NCBI GenBank assembly: GCA_040758135.1
Contig: JBFLWA010000008.1
Coordinates: 29,226-93,225 of the forward strand
Source of the DNA: Bacillota bacterium
Lineage (GTDB): Bacteria; Bacillota; Sulfobacillia; JBFLWA01
DNA: 64,000 bases
Direction of reading: 5' to 3'
The notes under the pieces are model-generated. The model made no database searches and was not told the DNA's origin. It worked only from the letters and a program-made list of their open reading frames with translations. This document shows positions 18,543 to 29,700 of the stretch, piece by piece (position 1 is the stretch's first letter; every line of letters starts with the position of its first letter). A program made the translations under genes and the position numbers.

Positions 18543-20220
18543 TTACTCGACTTCGACTGTCGCCTGGCTGCGACCGGCCCGGGGAGCGCTGGCGCTCACC
18601 CGATAGGTCCCGCTACCTTTGACGATCCATTGCAGCCGACGCCGACTGTCGACCGGAGCCCGGCCCCACAGCCCGCCAGCTTCTCCGTTGCCGCGCCCTT
18701 CCAGATGCCCGATCTCCTGCTTAACCCGACCCAGGACCAGTTCGGCTCCTGTCGGGAGCTGCAGTTCGACCTGGACCGGTTTGGCTGCCTTCATCTCCTG
18801 GGCCCTAGCGGTTCCGCTGGTCGGAAGATAGCCGGTATTGGCTACCATGGCGACCAGTTTGAACACGCCCTCTCCCACCGATTCCGCCTCAAAGCTCTCG
18901 ATCTTCAGGAGCGGCGTAATCTCCGCACGGACCAGGTTGAAGCCGAAGTTGTGCTCACACTCATCGGGCAGCAGGTGAGGCGGCGGGTTCTGGCGGACAA
19001 ACTTCGGCTCCCAGCCGCCCAACTCAACCAAGCCCAGCTGTGGGTGGTCGAAAGGCTTCCAGTCAATGAAACCCTGCCCTCCTAGTTCCCGGTCGTTCCA
19101 GGCCAGAAGCTTCAGCCCGTCTTCCTCCTGCTGCTCCGGAGAGAGGGTCATTAGCACATGGAGATCGCGGTTGGGGATACCGGCCCGCCCGGACATATCC
19201 CACAGCTCGGCCTCAAAGGCAAAGATGCCCAGCGTCTCGTAGAGCCACTCCAGATCGCTGCCGACCGGTGGGTGGCTCTTATCGGCAGTAAAGCCCTCAA
19301 AAACAGACTTGCAGGGGTAGCCGGTGGCCGCCTTGCCCACCTCCCCCACCGCCTTATACATGGCCAAATCGACCCGATCCATCTTGGCGTCCACCTCCAG
19401 GCAGAGCGGCCGCAGCAGTACGCCGCCGGAGGTGTGATAGGCCATGCCGGTGACGATATTGGGGTGCTCCAGGTAGAAACGGCCGATGGCCCTCATTTCT
19501 GGCTCCGAGAACGGATAATCGCCCGAGCCCCGCTGCCGGTGCTCCGGCGCCCAGTTGGTCGGGTAGTTGCGGTTGAAGTCAAGTCCCCGCCGGGGCGGGG
19601 CGTAGCGGATGACATCACCATCGTAACCCCGGATCAGCCCTTCGGTATACAGGCGGTAGTAGGTACCGCATCTCTCGGTGGGGCCGCGCCTGACCATCAG
19701 CCGCGGGTCCTTCGCCGAGACCTTCCAGTCACCATCGGGATCCTCCAGGCGCATGGTCAGGATCCGCCCATCGCCGTCAATGTCTTCGGGATAGAGACCG
19801 TCCAGTTCCTCGGTCTCCGGGTAGAGGCGGGGCCCGGAGCGAAGCATCTCGGGGGTGGTCAGGTAGAGCTCTGACCCGTCCACCGTGATCCGGGGAACCA
19901 CATAGAAGACCCTCGTGTCCACCAGGTGGCGCACCCGGTCATCGCTCGCGTAGTATTCCAGCAGGTACCAGATGGTATAGAGGCAGACCGCCGAACCGGC
20001 CACCTCGCCAGCGTGGGTATTCCCGTCCAGGTAGACCCCGGGCTTGTCGTCCCCCGGGCCGGTCGCCCGATTGGTGATCTCCACCGCCCAGATTTCCCGG
20101 CCCTCGCGGCTCTGGCCGATGGAGTAGAGGCTGGCTAGGTCGGGATAGGCCTCGACCAGCGACCGCAGGATGTCGGTTAGCTCGTCGTAGCGGTAGTAGC
20201 GGGTGAAATCGGGCTTCACA
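18543..20220 (-). CDS. M14-family zinc carboxypeptidase-like protein (cytoplasmic, ~560 aa), paralogue 1
   Basis: HxxE zinc motif GNTHAGEVAGSAVCLY. N-terminus RYYRYDELTDIL...IGQSREGREIW. GTG start with a GGAGGTGG RBS overlaps the upstream paralogue stop (GTGA). No signal peptide. Confidence 0.65.
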
Positions 20221-21874
20221 GGACCACCTCCGCGCTGGCCCGGCCGGCTCGCGGCGACGAGACAGCCAGCGAAACCCTGGTACCGGAAGGCGCCTGCACC
20301 AGCCATTCCACCTTTTTCTTCCGGGGGTTGGGCGGGCTGTAGCCGCCCAGGCTGAGCCGGCCTTCGAGATGGCCCAGCTCTTCTCTGGCCTTGCCGTGGA
20401 CCAGCCGGGCCCCCTCGGCCAGACTAAGCTCGGCCACCACCGGCTTAGCCTTTTTAATCGTCTTGGCCATCTCCGTGATGTTGCTGGGCAGATAGCCGCG
20501 GTTGGTGACCACGGCGGTAATCTTATAGAGCTGGCTAGCCACCGCCTCGGCCCTAAGCTCCAGAATCTCCAGCTGGGGCAGGGCGGCGGCATGCTTCAGG
20601 GTAAAGAGCATATTCTTCCGGCATTCGCCCTCTAAGAACGGCTCGGGCGGGTTGACCAGGACGAACTTGCTCCTCCAGCCACCGATCTCCACCGGTCCCA
20701 GCTGGGGATGGTCGAAGGGCCGCCAGGGCTCAAAGCCCTTCCCCGCTAGCTCCCGGTCGTTCCACTGGAGCAGCTTGTAGCCATCCTCATCGGTGCGGCG
20801 GGCCGCCTTACCGAAGACCCGCGGCATTCCGGCCCGGGCGGCGGCATCCCAGAGTTCAGTGGAGTAGACGATGGCACCCAGGTGTTCGTAGACCCAGTCC
20901 ATGAAGACGCCCTTCAGTGGCGCTCCGGAGGTAAAGCCCTCATACACCGAGATGCAGGGATAGCCGGTGAGCTCTTCCCCCAACTCGCCGATGGCGCGGT
21001 AGGCGGCTAGGTCTTTGGGGTTCATCTTCCCATCGTCCCCGGTGCACAGGGGGCGCAGGATGGCACCAGCGGTAGTATGGTAGGCCATGACTCCGCCGAT
21101 GTTGGGGTGGGCCACCAGGAAGTCGGCCACCGCCTTGGTCTCCGGCTCGGATAGGGGAAACGGACCGGCTCCGCGCTGGACCGCCTCCGGCTCCCAGTGA
21201 GCCGGGAAGTTGCGGTTGATATCCAGCCCCCACTTACTGGGCTTGAACTTGATCTCCACCCCATCATAATCCTCGACGATCCCTTCGGGCAGGATGGTGT
21301 AGAACTTGCCCTCGGTGTCATCAGGGCGGCGGCGCACCATCAGCCGGGGATCCTTGTGGTACACCTTCCATTCGCCATCGGGATCCTCGATGCGCATCTG
21401 GAGGATATGACCATCGGCGTCCACATCCCCGGGGGTTACCCCGCCCTCGCTCTCATCGCCCGGGTAGAGTCGAGTGCTCGAACGCAGCACGTGGGGAGTG
21501 GTCAGGAAGAGCTCGGCTCCGTCGGCGCTGATCCGGGGCAGGATGTAGAAGGTAACCCGGTCTACCAGTTCGGTGACCCACCGATCATCACCATAGAGCG
21601 AGGTCAGGTAGCCGATGGTGTAGAGGCAGACCGCCGAACCGGTGACCTCTCCGGCATGGATATTGCCGTCAATATAGAACCCGGGCTTGTGGTTTGGGTC
21701 ACCGGCCAGGCGGTTGGTGACCTCCATCATCCAGAGATCCCGGCCTTCGTGGGTCTGGCCGATAGAGTAAAGCTTGGTCAGATTGGGATGGTCTGCCGCT
21801 ACCTCCTGAAGCAAAGCCACCATCTCGTCATACTTCAGGTACCTGGCGAACTTGGCTCCGTCGAACTTCACCAT
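20216..21874 (-). CDS. M14-family zinc carboxypeptidase-like protein, paralogue 2
   Basis: GNIHAGEVTGSAVCLY. About 55% identity to its downstream paralogue along the full length. No signal peptide. Confidence 0.65.
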   Translation of the reverse strand: MVKFDGAKFARYLKYDEMVALLQEVAADHPNLTKLYSIGQTHEGRDLWMMEVTNRLAGDPNHKPGFYIDGNIHAGEVTGSAVCLYTIGYLTSLYGDDRWVTELVDRVTFYILPRISADGAELFLTTPHVLRSSTRLYPGDESEGGVTPGDVDADGHILQMRIEDPDGEWKVYHKDPRLMVRRRPDDTEGKFYTILPEGIVEDYDGVEIKFKPSKWGLDINRNFPAHWEPEAVQRGAGPFPLSEPETKAVADFLVAHPNIGGVMAYHTTAGAILRPLCTGDDGKMNPKDLAAYRAIGELGEELTGYPCISVYEGFTSGAPLKGVFMDWVYEHLGAIVYSTELWDAAARAGMPRVFGKAARRTDEDGYKLLQWNDRELAGKGFEPWRPFDHPQLGPVEIGGWRSKFVLVNPPEPFLEGECRKNMLFTLKHAAALPQLEILELRAEAVASQLYKITAVVTNRGYLPSNITEMAKTIKKAKPVVAELSLAEGARLVHGKAREELGHLEGRLSLGGYSPPNPRKKKVEWLVQAPSGTRVSLAVSSPRAGRASAEVVL

Positions 21875-22011
21875 GCATCACCCTTCTTTCTGTTGGAATT
21901 GCGCGAATACATACAAGGGATATTTCGAGTAGCGAAGAAGAATTCCTCCTGCATGCCCCCATTTTCGGGGGGCAAAATACGGGTGATGGTCGAGAAACGG
22001 AGGTAGACCGC

Positions 22012-23253
22012 ATGAAAATCAACGGGAACCGTCTCGTACAGGAACTAGGATCCCTGGGCAAGATCGGTTTTTCGCCCGGGAAGGGCGTGACCCGCCTGGC
22101 TTTCACCCCGGCCGATACGGAGGCCCGGGCCTATGTCAGCCGGCGTATGGCTGAGGCCGGAATGGAGGTCCGCACCGACCCGCTGGGCAACATCATCGGG
22201 GTCTACAACCCGGCTCTGGCGTCGGGGCCGGCCATTGCCATCGGTTCGCACATTGATACCGTCCCCGAGGGTGGACAGTACGATGGTGCCCTGGGGGTGC
22301 TGGCCGGCATTGAAGTGGTCCGGACGCTGCGGGACGCCGAATTCCAGCCGCGCCATCCGCTGTGGGTGGTCTCCTTCGCTGATGAAGAGGGGGCCCGCTT
22401 CGGTACCGGACTCATGGGCTCGCGGGCGATCATCGGCGAACTGGATGTGGAGGAGCTGAAAGCCGCCACCGACCTGGATGGTATCACCGCCTACCAGGCC
22501 ATGCAGGAGGTCAAGCTTAACCCCAACGAGATCGGGCAGGTGCGCTGGCGCGAAGGCGACCTGAGGGCCTACCTTGAACTCCATATTGAGCAGGGCGGTA
22601 TGCTCGAGTCCCACCAGGAGAGCATCGGCGTTGTCGAGGGGATCGTCGGCATCTGCCGCTTCGATGTTACCTATGTGGGAAGGCCCAACCACGCCGGTAC
22701 TACCCCCATGGGACTGCGGCGCGACGCTCTGGTGGCCGCGGCCCAGGCGGTCCTGGCGGTGCGGGAGGCGGCAACTGATGCCGGTGATGAGAACACAGTG
22801 GCCACCGTCGGATTCCTGCAAGTGGTCCCGGGAGCGGTCAACGTCGTCCCCGGCCTGGTCAGGTTCTCGGTGGAGATTCGCGATATCCAGCAGGAGACTA
22901 TCGAACGGGTGGCGCATGAGACCGTGGCCCGCCTGACCGCCATCGCCCGCCAGAGCCGGGTTGAGGTTTCCTTCTCGACCCGGCGCCTGGTGCCACCGGT
23001 GGTGCTCAACCAGACTCTCACTGATTACCTGGAGGAAGCTACCCAGCGGGTGGGCCTGAAGTACCGGCGGATGGTGAGCGGGGCCGGGCATGATGCCATG
23101 TCCGTATCGGCGGTGGCACCGGCCGCCATGCTCTTCGTGCCGAGCCAGAGGGGGATCAGCCATTCGCCTGAGGAATACACCGCCCCCGACGACTGCGCCG
23201 CCGGCGCCCAGGTGCTGTTAGAGACGGTAGTTTCCTTAGATAGCCAGGAGTGA
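22012..23253 (+). CDS. M20-family amidohydrolase (allantoate amidohydrolase / N-carbamoyl-L-amino-acid hydrolase type)
   Basis: GSHIDTVPEGGQYDGALG, VVSFADEEGARFG and ELHIEQG motifs, typical of AmaB/HyuC-type M20 enzymes. Confidence 0.7.
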   Translation: MKINGNRLVQELGSLGKIGFSPGKGVTRLAFTPADTEARAYVSRRMAEAGMEVRTDPLGNIIGVYNPALASGPAIAIGSHIDTVPEGGQYDGALGVLAGIEVVRTLRDAEFQPRHPLWVVSFADEEGARFGTGLMGSRAIIGELDVEELKAATDLDGITAYQAMQEVKLNPNEIGQVRWREGDLRAYLELHIEQGGMLESHQESIGVVEGIVGICRFDVTYVGRPNHAGTTPMGLRRDALVAAAQAVLAVREAATDAGDENTVATVGFLQVVPGAVNVVPGLVRFSVEIRDIQQETIERVAHETVARLTAIARQSRVEVSFSTRRLVPPVVLNQTLTDYLEEATQRVGLKYRRMVSGAGHDAMSVSAVAPAAMLFVPSQRGISHSPEEYTAPDDCAAGAQVLLETVVSLDSQE

Positions 23254-23277
23254 ATAACCTCACGCCCAGAACAAATA

Positions 23278-23306
23278 AGACTCCCGGATCGCCCGGGAGT
23301 CTTTTG
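23278..23306. terminator. Bidirectional rho-independent terminator between convergent genes
   Basis: AGACTCCCGG, loop ATCG, CCCGGGAGTCT, followed by TTTTG. Confidence 0.5.
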
Positions 23307-23314
23307 CGTTCTGG

Positions 23315-23707
23315 TCAGCTCCTCTGGCCGAAGTTCAGCAGGATCAGCAGCCAACCGATGACCAGACCGGCCAGTAGCACTGCCAGCAGCTGATACTCGT
23401 TGAAAGGGCCCCAGAGGTGGCGAAAGAAAACCGCAACACTGCCAGCCACAGTGAAGGCCACCAAGCTGAGGATCCCCAGAACCCGACTCCGCCCGGCCAT
23501 CGTCTTCCAGCCGGCCATGAAGGCTCCCCCGAAAAGGGTGAGGCAGAAGGCGATCATCGGCGCCTGGTACCGGGTACCCGGGATGGCTCTCAGTGCGAAG
23601 TAGGCCAACGGGATGGAGACGGCCATCATTAGTGCGGCCTGGTTCGATTTGTCCGTTTGCACGGTTTCATCGCTCCTTCCGAAGGTATGCATGGAGCTCA
23701 AGGCCAT
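23315..23707 (-). CDS. Membrane protein (3 TM), unknown function
   Basis: 130 aa with three hydrophobic spans. Confidence 0.35.
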   Translation of the reverse strand: MALSSMHTFGRSDETVQTDKSNQAALMMAVSIPLAYFALRAIPGTRYQAPMIAFCLTLFGGAFMAGWKTMAGRSRVLGILSLVAFTVAGSVAVFFRHLWGPFNEYQLLAVLLAGLVIGWLLILLNFGQRS

Positions 23708-24078
23708 GGTGCGGGCGGTCGCGTCGGACGGTCATGCCCATCGACTGGGCGAAGGGTGATGATCACCGGCTTGCCGAAGCTGCCCAGGCGCTCCCGGAGC
23801 CGGGTGAGCCCCCGGAGATAGACCTCCCAACCCAGGGCATTGACCTCGCCCCGGGGTGGGACATCCTCGCCAAACCCGGTGGTCGGCCGAAAGACGAAAC
23901 GCACCCGACCCCGCCGCGTGCCTCCGCAGCAGGTTGCCCACCACCCGGATGGCCAGGCGGAAATCCTTTCTGAAGGGCGGCCATATCCCCGTAGCATAGC
24001 TGCCATAGCCGTAGACCATCGGCTCGTTTTTCCACCTGATGCCCGGCTACCGCGGTACCCCAGAGGAACTCCATGCAA
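23700..24078 (-). pseudogene. Highly deleted, frameshifted relic of a GH1 beta-glucosidase gene
   Basis: Three frames on the minus strand carry, in order, the GH1 N-terminal motif (EFLWGTAVAGHQVE), the acid/base region (KNEPMVYGYGSYATGIW ... NLLRRHAAG) and the nucleophile region (GWEVYLRGLTRLRERLGSFGKPVIIT). These are compressed into ~380 nt instead of ~1.3 kb. Confidence 0.4.
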
Positions 24079-24200
24079 AACGCCTCGCCTATCTTCTTTG
24101 ATCAGGGAATTCCAGTCTGGCCGCGGTGATTCCTCCAGACGCGCAGAAGCGCCGGGCTCCGGCCCTGTGGCCGGACCCCGGCGCCCATCTGATACAGCAA

Positions 24201-24590
24201 TTATACCTGTCCCCCGTGGCGCCGGACGATCTGGGCGGCCCGGTCAGCCTGGTCCTCGGGACAGACCACGGTCAGCAGTACATTGTCGTCAGCGATGGCC
24301 GCGCCGCCCATGCCGCTGGCCCCGACATCGGCCCCGGCCAGTATCCCCTCGGACCGCGAATCGAAGGTATTGCCACCCAACTGAGTGAGGCCACTGAGGG
24401 TGGTAGTGCCCCCGTGCAGGGGGCTGTCAAAGCAGGCGTTATTGGTGACACCGAAATCGCCGATGCGGTCAATCTGGACCGTATCGTACCCGTTATCCCG
24501 GAGCTCCCGGAGTGCCGCTTCGGCCCGGGTTTCACTGACAAAGCTGGCCATCACGGTGTGCATCCCCTCGGGCAATTTCATCTGCTTCAC
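24201..24590 (-). CDS. YflT-like general stress protein (GsiB/17M family)
   Basis: N-terminal VMASFVSETRAEAALRELRDNGYDTVQIDRIG, C-terminal VLLTVVCPEDQADRAAQIVRRHGG and a Gly-rich middle. Confidence 0.4.
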   Translation of the reverse strand: MKQMKLPEGMHTVMASFVSETRAEAALRELRDNGYDTVQIDRIGDFGVTNNACFDSPLHGGTTTLSGLTQLGGNTFDSRSEGILAGADVGASGMGGAAIADDNVLLTVVCPEDQADRAAQIVRRHGGQV

Positions 24591-24687
24591 CTCCGTTTTT
24601 CATTCATGCCTAGGGTTTCCCGTAAATAGGCTGTTAATAGCCGGGGACAGCCCAGGCTGTCCCCAACTGATCAACGGAGGTGAGAAT

Positions 24688-25062
24688 ATGCGCTATGGGA
24701 TCATCGCCGGCAGTGTGCTCATCGCCGCCCTGGTCCTGCTGTACCTGGCGCGCCGCCGCTATTTCCGCCTGTCGGCCAAGGCCATGGGGACCGTCATCCT
24801 GATCCAGGTGGCCCACATCGCCTCTTTCTCATCCGGGGTAGTGATCAAGCAGTGGATAGACATTGCCGTGCGCGGTCTGCCGCACCCCGGCTATCCCATC
24901 TGGCTCTTCGCCATCTGCATCGGCCTGGTGGGCGCACCACTCATTCTCTCCAAGGCCCTGGAGATCCCGCGCGAGCGACAGGTCGGGATCTGGCCCTTCC
25001 TCATCACTCTGCAGCTGGGCTATTTCTGGCAATCGTTCCTGCAGGATGTGATTGGGCTGTAA
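24688..25062 (+). CDS. Small membrane protein (4 TM)
   Basis: ATG at 24688 follows a GGAGGTGAG RBS. The 225-aa ORF-track call starting at 24385 is read-through of the upstream region. Confidence 0.4.
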   Translation: MRYGIIAGSVLIAALVLLYLARRRYFRLSAKAMGTVILIQVAHIASFSSGVVIKQWIDIAVRGLPHPGYPIWLFAICIGLVGAPLILSKALEIPRERQVGIWPFLITLQLGYFWQSFLQDVIGL

Positions 25063-25134
25063 CCCCGTCATTGGCGACAGGGGGCGGGAGTATGGGCGCT
25101 CCTCGTCTCACTAAAAAATCACACCGTTCCAGGT

Positions 25135-26187
25135 CTACCATATTTGCCGGTAGGCCTGGTAAACCTCTGTCGCGAAACTGCGTAGCGCTGCCCCAGCCTG
25201 GGGTGTCAGCTCGCCCCGGCGCTGGAGAGAGCGCTCTACCAGCGCGTTCAGCCAGGGCAGGGAATCCAGCTGCTCCAGGATAACCAGCCGCGGATCCTTC
25301 TCGATGAACCGTTCTCGAGCCAGGGCCACCCCACTGAGGCGCTCCACCTCGGCCAGGTAGTGGTCGACCCTGGCCTCAAAGGGGAGGGCAGCCAGGTTAT
25401 CCCCATAGCTGTACACATTGCCCAGGTCGGTCTCGGGAAGGCCAACCCCGGCCAGCTGCCAGTCGATGAGCACCGCCCGGCCGTCAGCCGAGACTCCGCA
25501 GTTGGGCGGGTAGAAGTCGTTATAGGTGACAGTAAGTGGACCGGCCGCCAGTTCCTCGGCCCAGATGGGGAGCTGGTCCCAGAGGCATTCGACCAACTCG
25601 CCGGCGACGCCCAGCAGAGCCGCGACTTCGGCCCGGCTGAGCAGCGCCTCCAGATAGGAGGCCGCCTCCTCAAGGTATCCGGCCACCTGGGCAAAGGGAC
25701 TCAAGTAATCGTGATCAGCCAGGCGAGTCCGCCCTCGCCAGACCGCGGAGTGCAGCTCAGCGTAGAGTGAGAGGATGGCTCTGATCTCCTCCTCCGACCA
25801 GACGTGGTCGTCCGGGTGGAAGCGGTATGAAGGCTCCAGGTCCTCCAGGAGCAGCCAGCTCTCGCCGGTCTCGGGGTGAATGGCCGAGGCATACACGTGG
25901 GCATGGGCGATGGCCAGCTCTGGCAGGAGTCGGCGGTAGACCTCGAACTCGCGTCCCGAGAGATTAGGGTCGAAGGCGACTAGGTGCGGGGCGATCTGGG
26001 CCGGGTTTGCCACCTTCAGGATAAGCGATGGCGGAGCCTCGCCCTCGGCCTTGAGGGAGATGCGCAGTACCTGGCTGCCGCTCTGTCCTTCATTAACCGG
26101 GGTAACATCAAAGCGCTTGATGGGTACACCCAGGGCCTTTGACAGGAAGTCCCTGGTTACATTTCGTGCTCCCCTGATCCAACTCAT
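25135..26187 (-). CDS. Aminoglycoside phosphotransferase / choline-kinase-like kinase family protein
   Basis: Brenner-like catalytic loop VTYNDFYPPN and DWQLAGVGLPETDLG (APH DxD-type motif). Confidence 0.55.
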   Translation of the reverse strand: MSWIRGARNVTRDFLSKALGVPIKRFDVTPVNEGQSGSQVLRISLKAEGEAPPSLILKVANPAQIAPHLVAFDPNLSGREFEVYRRLLPELAIAHAHVYASAIHPETGESWLLLEDLEPSYRFHPDDHVWSEEEIRAILSLYAELHSAVWRGRTRLADHDYLSPFAQVAGYLEEAASYLEALLSRAEVAALLGVAGELVECLWDQLPIWAEELAAGPLTVTYNDFYPPNCGVSADGRAVLIDWQLAGVGLPETDLGNVYSYGDNLAALPFEARVDHYLAEVERLSGVALARERFIEKDPRLVILEQLDSLPWLNALVERSLQRRGELTPQAGAALRSFATEVYQAYRQIW

Positions 26188-26291
26188 GTAATCCCCCCAT
26201 ATCTACACGAGTAATAATACTGACTCGGCGGCCAGTCGTAAAGAAGGGACCGCACAGAATGAAGCCCCGGGTTCCCCGGGGCCTTAGGCCG

Positions 26292-26606
26292 TTAACTGGC
26301 TGAGCTTTTCTTCTCGAGTTCCTCGTACTTCCGGTCTTCCTCGTCGGCCAACCGCCTGGCGACCCGGTCGGTGGTCTCGATATGAGCGGCCCCCAGAATG
26401 AAAGATGAAGACTCCCGGAGGCCCTGAGTCCAGTTCTTACCGAAGGTCTTGGTCAGATTAGTGGCCCCGGTCCAGGTCGGGGCGAACTCCTCCTTCATGA
26501 GCTCCTCCCGCTTTACCAGCTCCTTGCAGCGCCCGCACCGATAGTGGACCAATACCCTCCCGGGAACCCGGCGGTTGTGCTCGTCTACCCTCCGCAGTGT
26601 GGGCAC
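26292..26606 (-). CDS. Hypothetical protein downstream of dnaE2
   Basis: 104 aa with a single CxxC (YRCGRC) and a charged C-terminus. Co-oriented 130 nt after dnaE2. Confidence 0.3.
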   Translation of the reverse strand: MPTLRRVDEHNRRVPGRVLVHYRCGRCKELVKREELMKEEFAPTWTGATNLTKTFGKNWTQGLRESSSFILGAAHIETTDRVARRLADEEDRKYEELEKKSSAS

Positions 26607-26735
26607 CTCGGGTTTTTGAGCATCGATAACGGCACCCGGAAAACCCGGTAGATGCCCTACTAGCTCTCTACACAGAAAGAATAACTAGCTTCTAGAAATA
26701 CTACCAAGGACCTTTCTTCGTCTGAATATCCAGAC

Positions 26736-29700
26736 TTATTCCGAGTCCTTCGCTACCATTGGCGCGATCTCCTCGGCAATTACGCTGACTCCTCTCCCCC
26801 GCCGATCTACTTTACCCCGCACGCACAGTGGCCGGCTCTCGCCGAAGATGAACTGGCCGTACTTCTGGTAGATGGCCTCAAAAACCGTGACATCAATTAA
26901 CCCGTGTTCATCCTCCAGGCTCAGAAAGACAATGGTCTTCCCGCTCTTGGTCGGAGGGCGGTGGGGGCGCACCACCAGCCCCGCCACCTTGACCTCCTCC
27001 CCGTTCTCGGCCCCCCTGATCCCCCGGCTGTCCCAATAGCCCTTACGCTTGAGCCCGGCCCGAAAGAAGTCCATGAAGTGCTTCCCGGGGGTAAGCTCCA
27101 AAACCCCGTATTCCCGGATGAACCGCTCCCGCGGCGGAAAATCGGGCACCGCCCCGGCCTCTACCCTCGGCTCGTCCTCCCCGGACCACAGCCCATCGGC
27201 CTGGGCCAGCCTGGCCCAGCGAACCGCCTCATCCAGCGACCAAACAAGAGCGCGCCGGTTGGGGCAGATGGCATCAAATGCCCCGCCCAGGATGAGGTTC
27301 TCCGCCACCTCCCGGTCGATGCCAGTGCTCCGGAGGAACTGGGGCAGGCTGCGATAGGCCCCCTCTTCCCGCCCTCGCTCGATCCGCTCCACCTGCTCAC
27401 CGCTGATCCCCCTCACCTGGCTGAGGGAGACCCGGATCACCCGGCCCTTCTCCTCTACCGTCCAGGTCCTGGCGCTGCGGTTAATGTCCAGAGGGAGCAC
27501 GGTGATTCCCCGCCGCCTGGCCTCGGTGCAGATAGTGTGGGCCGGATAATAGCCCATGGGTTGCTGGCTGAGGATAGCCGCGTAGAAGTATGCCGGATAG
27601 TGCTTGACCAGGTAGGCAGTTTTAAAGGCAGTGCTGCCGAAAGCCGCCGCATGGGCCTCACAAAAACCGTAACTGGCATAGCCCACAATATAGGAGAAAA
27701 TGGTCTCCGCTACCTCGTAGGCAATTCCGTTGGCTACCGCCTTCTCGATGAAGAAGCAGCCGATCTCGTCCATCTCCCGCCGGGAGCGGGCATGGGTCAT
27801 CACCCGTCGCAGGCGGTCGGCCTCGCCGGGCGTAAAGCCGGCAATGACAGTAGCAATCTCGATTACCTGCTCCTGAAAGAGGACTACCCCGTAGGTCTTC
27901 TTCAGGATCGGCTCCAGCTTGGGATGCAGGTAAGTAATGGGCTCCCTGCCCTGCCGTCGGGCAATAAAGGGCTCGACCATATTACCCTTGATGGGACCGG
28001 GCCGGATCAGGGCGACACTGGCCACTACATCCTCGAACTCCGAAGCCTCCAGGCGGGACTGCAGCGCCCGCTGGGCTGGGCTCTCCAGCTGGAAGACGCC
28101 GATGGTCTCTCCCCGGTTGAGCATCCGGTAGGTGGGCTGGTCATCCAGGGAGATACGGTCATAATCGAACCCCGGTTGCTCCCGCCCGATCTTTTTCACT
28201 GTTTCCTCCACGGCCGAGAGGGTGCGGAGCGACAGAAGGTCCAGCTTGATCAGGCCCAACTCTTCTACATACTCCTTATCGAACTGGGTGACCACTACTC
28301 CTTTGGCCGCCATCTGTAAGGGGGTAACCTCAGTCAACGGGTCACGGGAGATGACCACCCCGCCCAAGTGGGTCCCGAGATGGCGGGGGAAGCCGGTGGC
28401 CGCCGCGCAGGCCCGGAATAGCTGCTCGTACCGGGCTGCCGGGATCCGGGCCTCTCTCAGCTCGGGGATGACCTCCAGGGCCTTCTCCAGATCATCGGCC
28501 AGATAGTACGGGAGCCGCTTGGCGATGCGGTCGATCTCCTCGGTTGGGAAATCCATGGCCTTGCCGAAGTCGCGCAAGGCCGACCGGCCGTGGAAGGTGT
28601 TATAGGTGCAGACCGTGGCCACCCGGTCGGGGCTATATCTCTCGTAGACATATGCGGTCACCTTATCCCGGAAGCGGGCATCGAAATCGATGTCAATATC
28701 GGGTTTCTGGGCCCGCTCCAGGCTCATGAAACGCTCGAAGAGAAGCCTCCGGGCAATGGCATCGACCTCGGTAATATACAGGCAGTAGGCTACCACCGAA
28801 TCGGCGGCCGAACCTCGCCCGGCGTAGCGGATCCCCTGCTCCCGGGCATAACGGACTACATCCCAGACCAGCAGGAAGTAGTCCTCGTAGCCCAGGCGGA
28901 AGATGATCTCCAGCTCATGATCGAGCCGCTCCCGGATGCGCCGGTCCACCCGGCCGTAGCGCTGGCCAGCGCCCGTGTAAACTAGCTCCCGGAGGAACTC
29001 CCGGGCCGACTGCCCCGGCGGCAAAGCATCGAAGAGAGGGTAGCGCCGGGCGGCCGCGTCGAAGGCCGGCTGGCAGCGCTCGGCGATCCGCTGGGTATTG
29101 GCCACTGCCTCCGGGTACTCCCGGAAAACCTCGGCCATCTCGACCGGGGAGCGGAGGTAGTTCTCGGCATTGAGCCGCCGTGCCGGGTGGACCTGATCCA
29201 GCTTGGTTAGGGTGCGTACACAGGTCAGCAGATCGTGGAGGAAGAACTCGTCCTTCCGGCCGTAATGGACATTACCGGTACCCACCACCCCGATCCCGAG
29301 CTCCCGGGCCAGCCCGGCCAGTTCCCCATTGAGCCGGCGGGTGCCGGGAAGCATTGTTCCCTCCAGCTCGAGGAAGAAAGAGTCCGGGCCGAAGGTCTCC
29401 CGGAGGGCGACCGCCGCCCGCCTGGCCGCAGCGCGGTCTCCCCGCAGAAGGCAGCTGGGTATCTCGCCGCGGCGACAACCAGAAAGAACGATCAGCCCGG
29501 CCGCGTGCTTTCGCAGAGTCTCGGCCTTAACCCGGGGCTCACCCCGGGCATTGCCGAGATGGGCCGCGGTCAGCAGCCGGCAGAGGTTGGAGTAACCGGC
29601 CGGCCCGGTGGCCAGGAGGGTGAGATGATATCCGCCCTCCATGGTGACCTCGGCACCCTGGATCGGCCTGATTCCAGCCTCCAGGGCCAAGCGCTGGAAG

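Noticed and set aside
24385-24687. 5' extension of the 225-aa ORF
   Set aside because: No RBS. The hydrophobic protein begins at the ATG at 24688 with GGAGGTGAG upstream.
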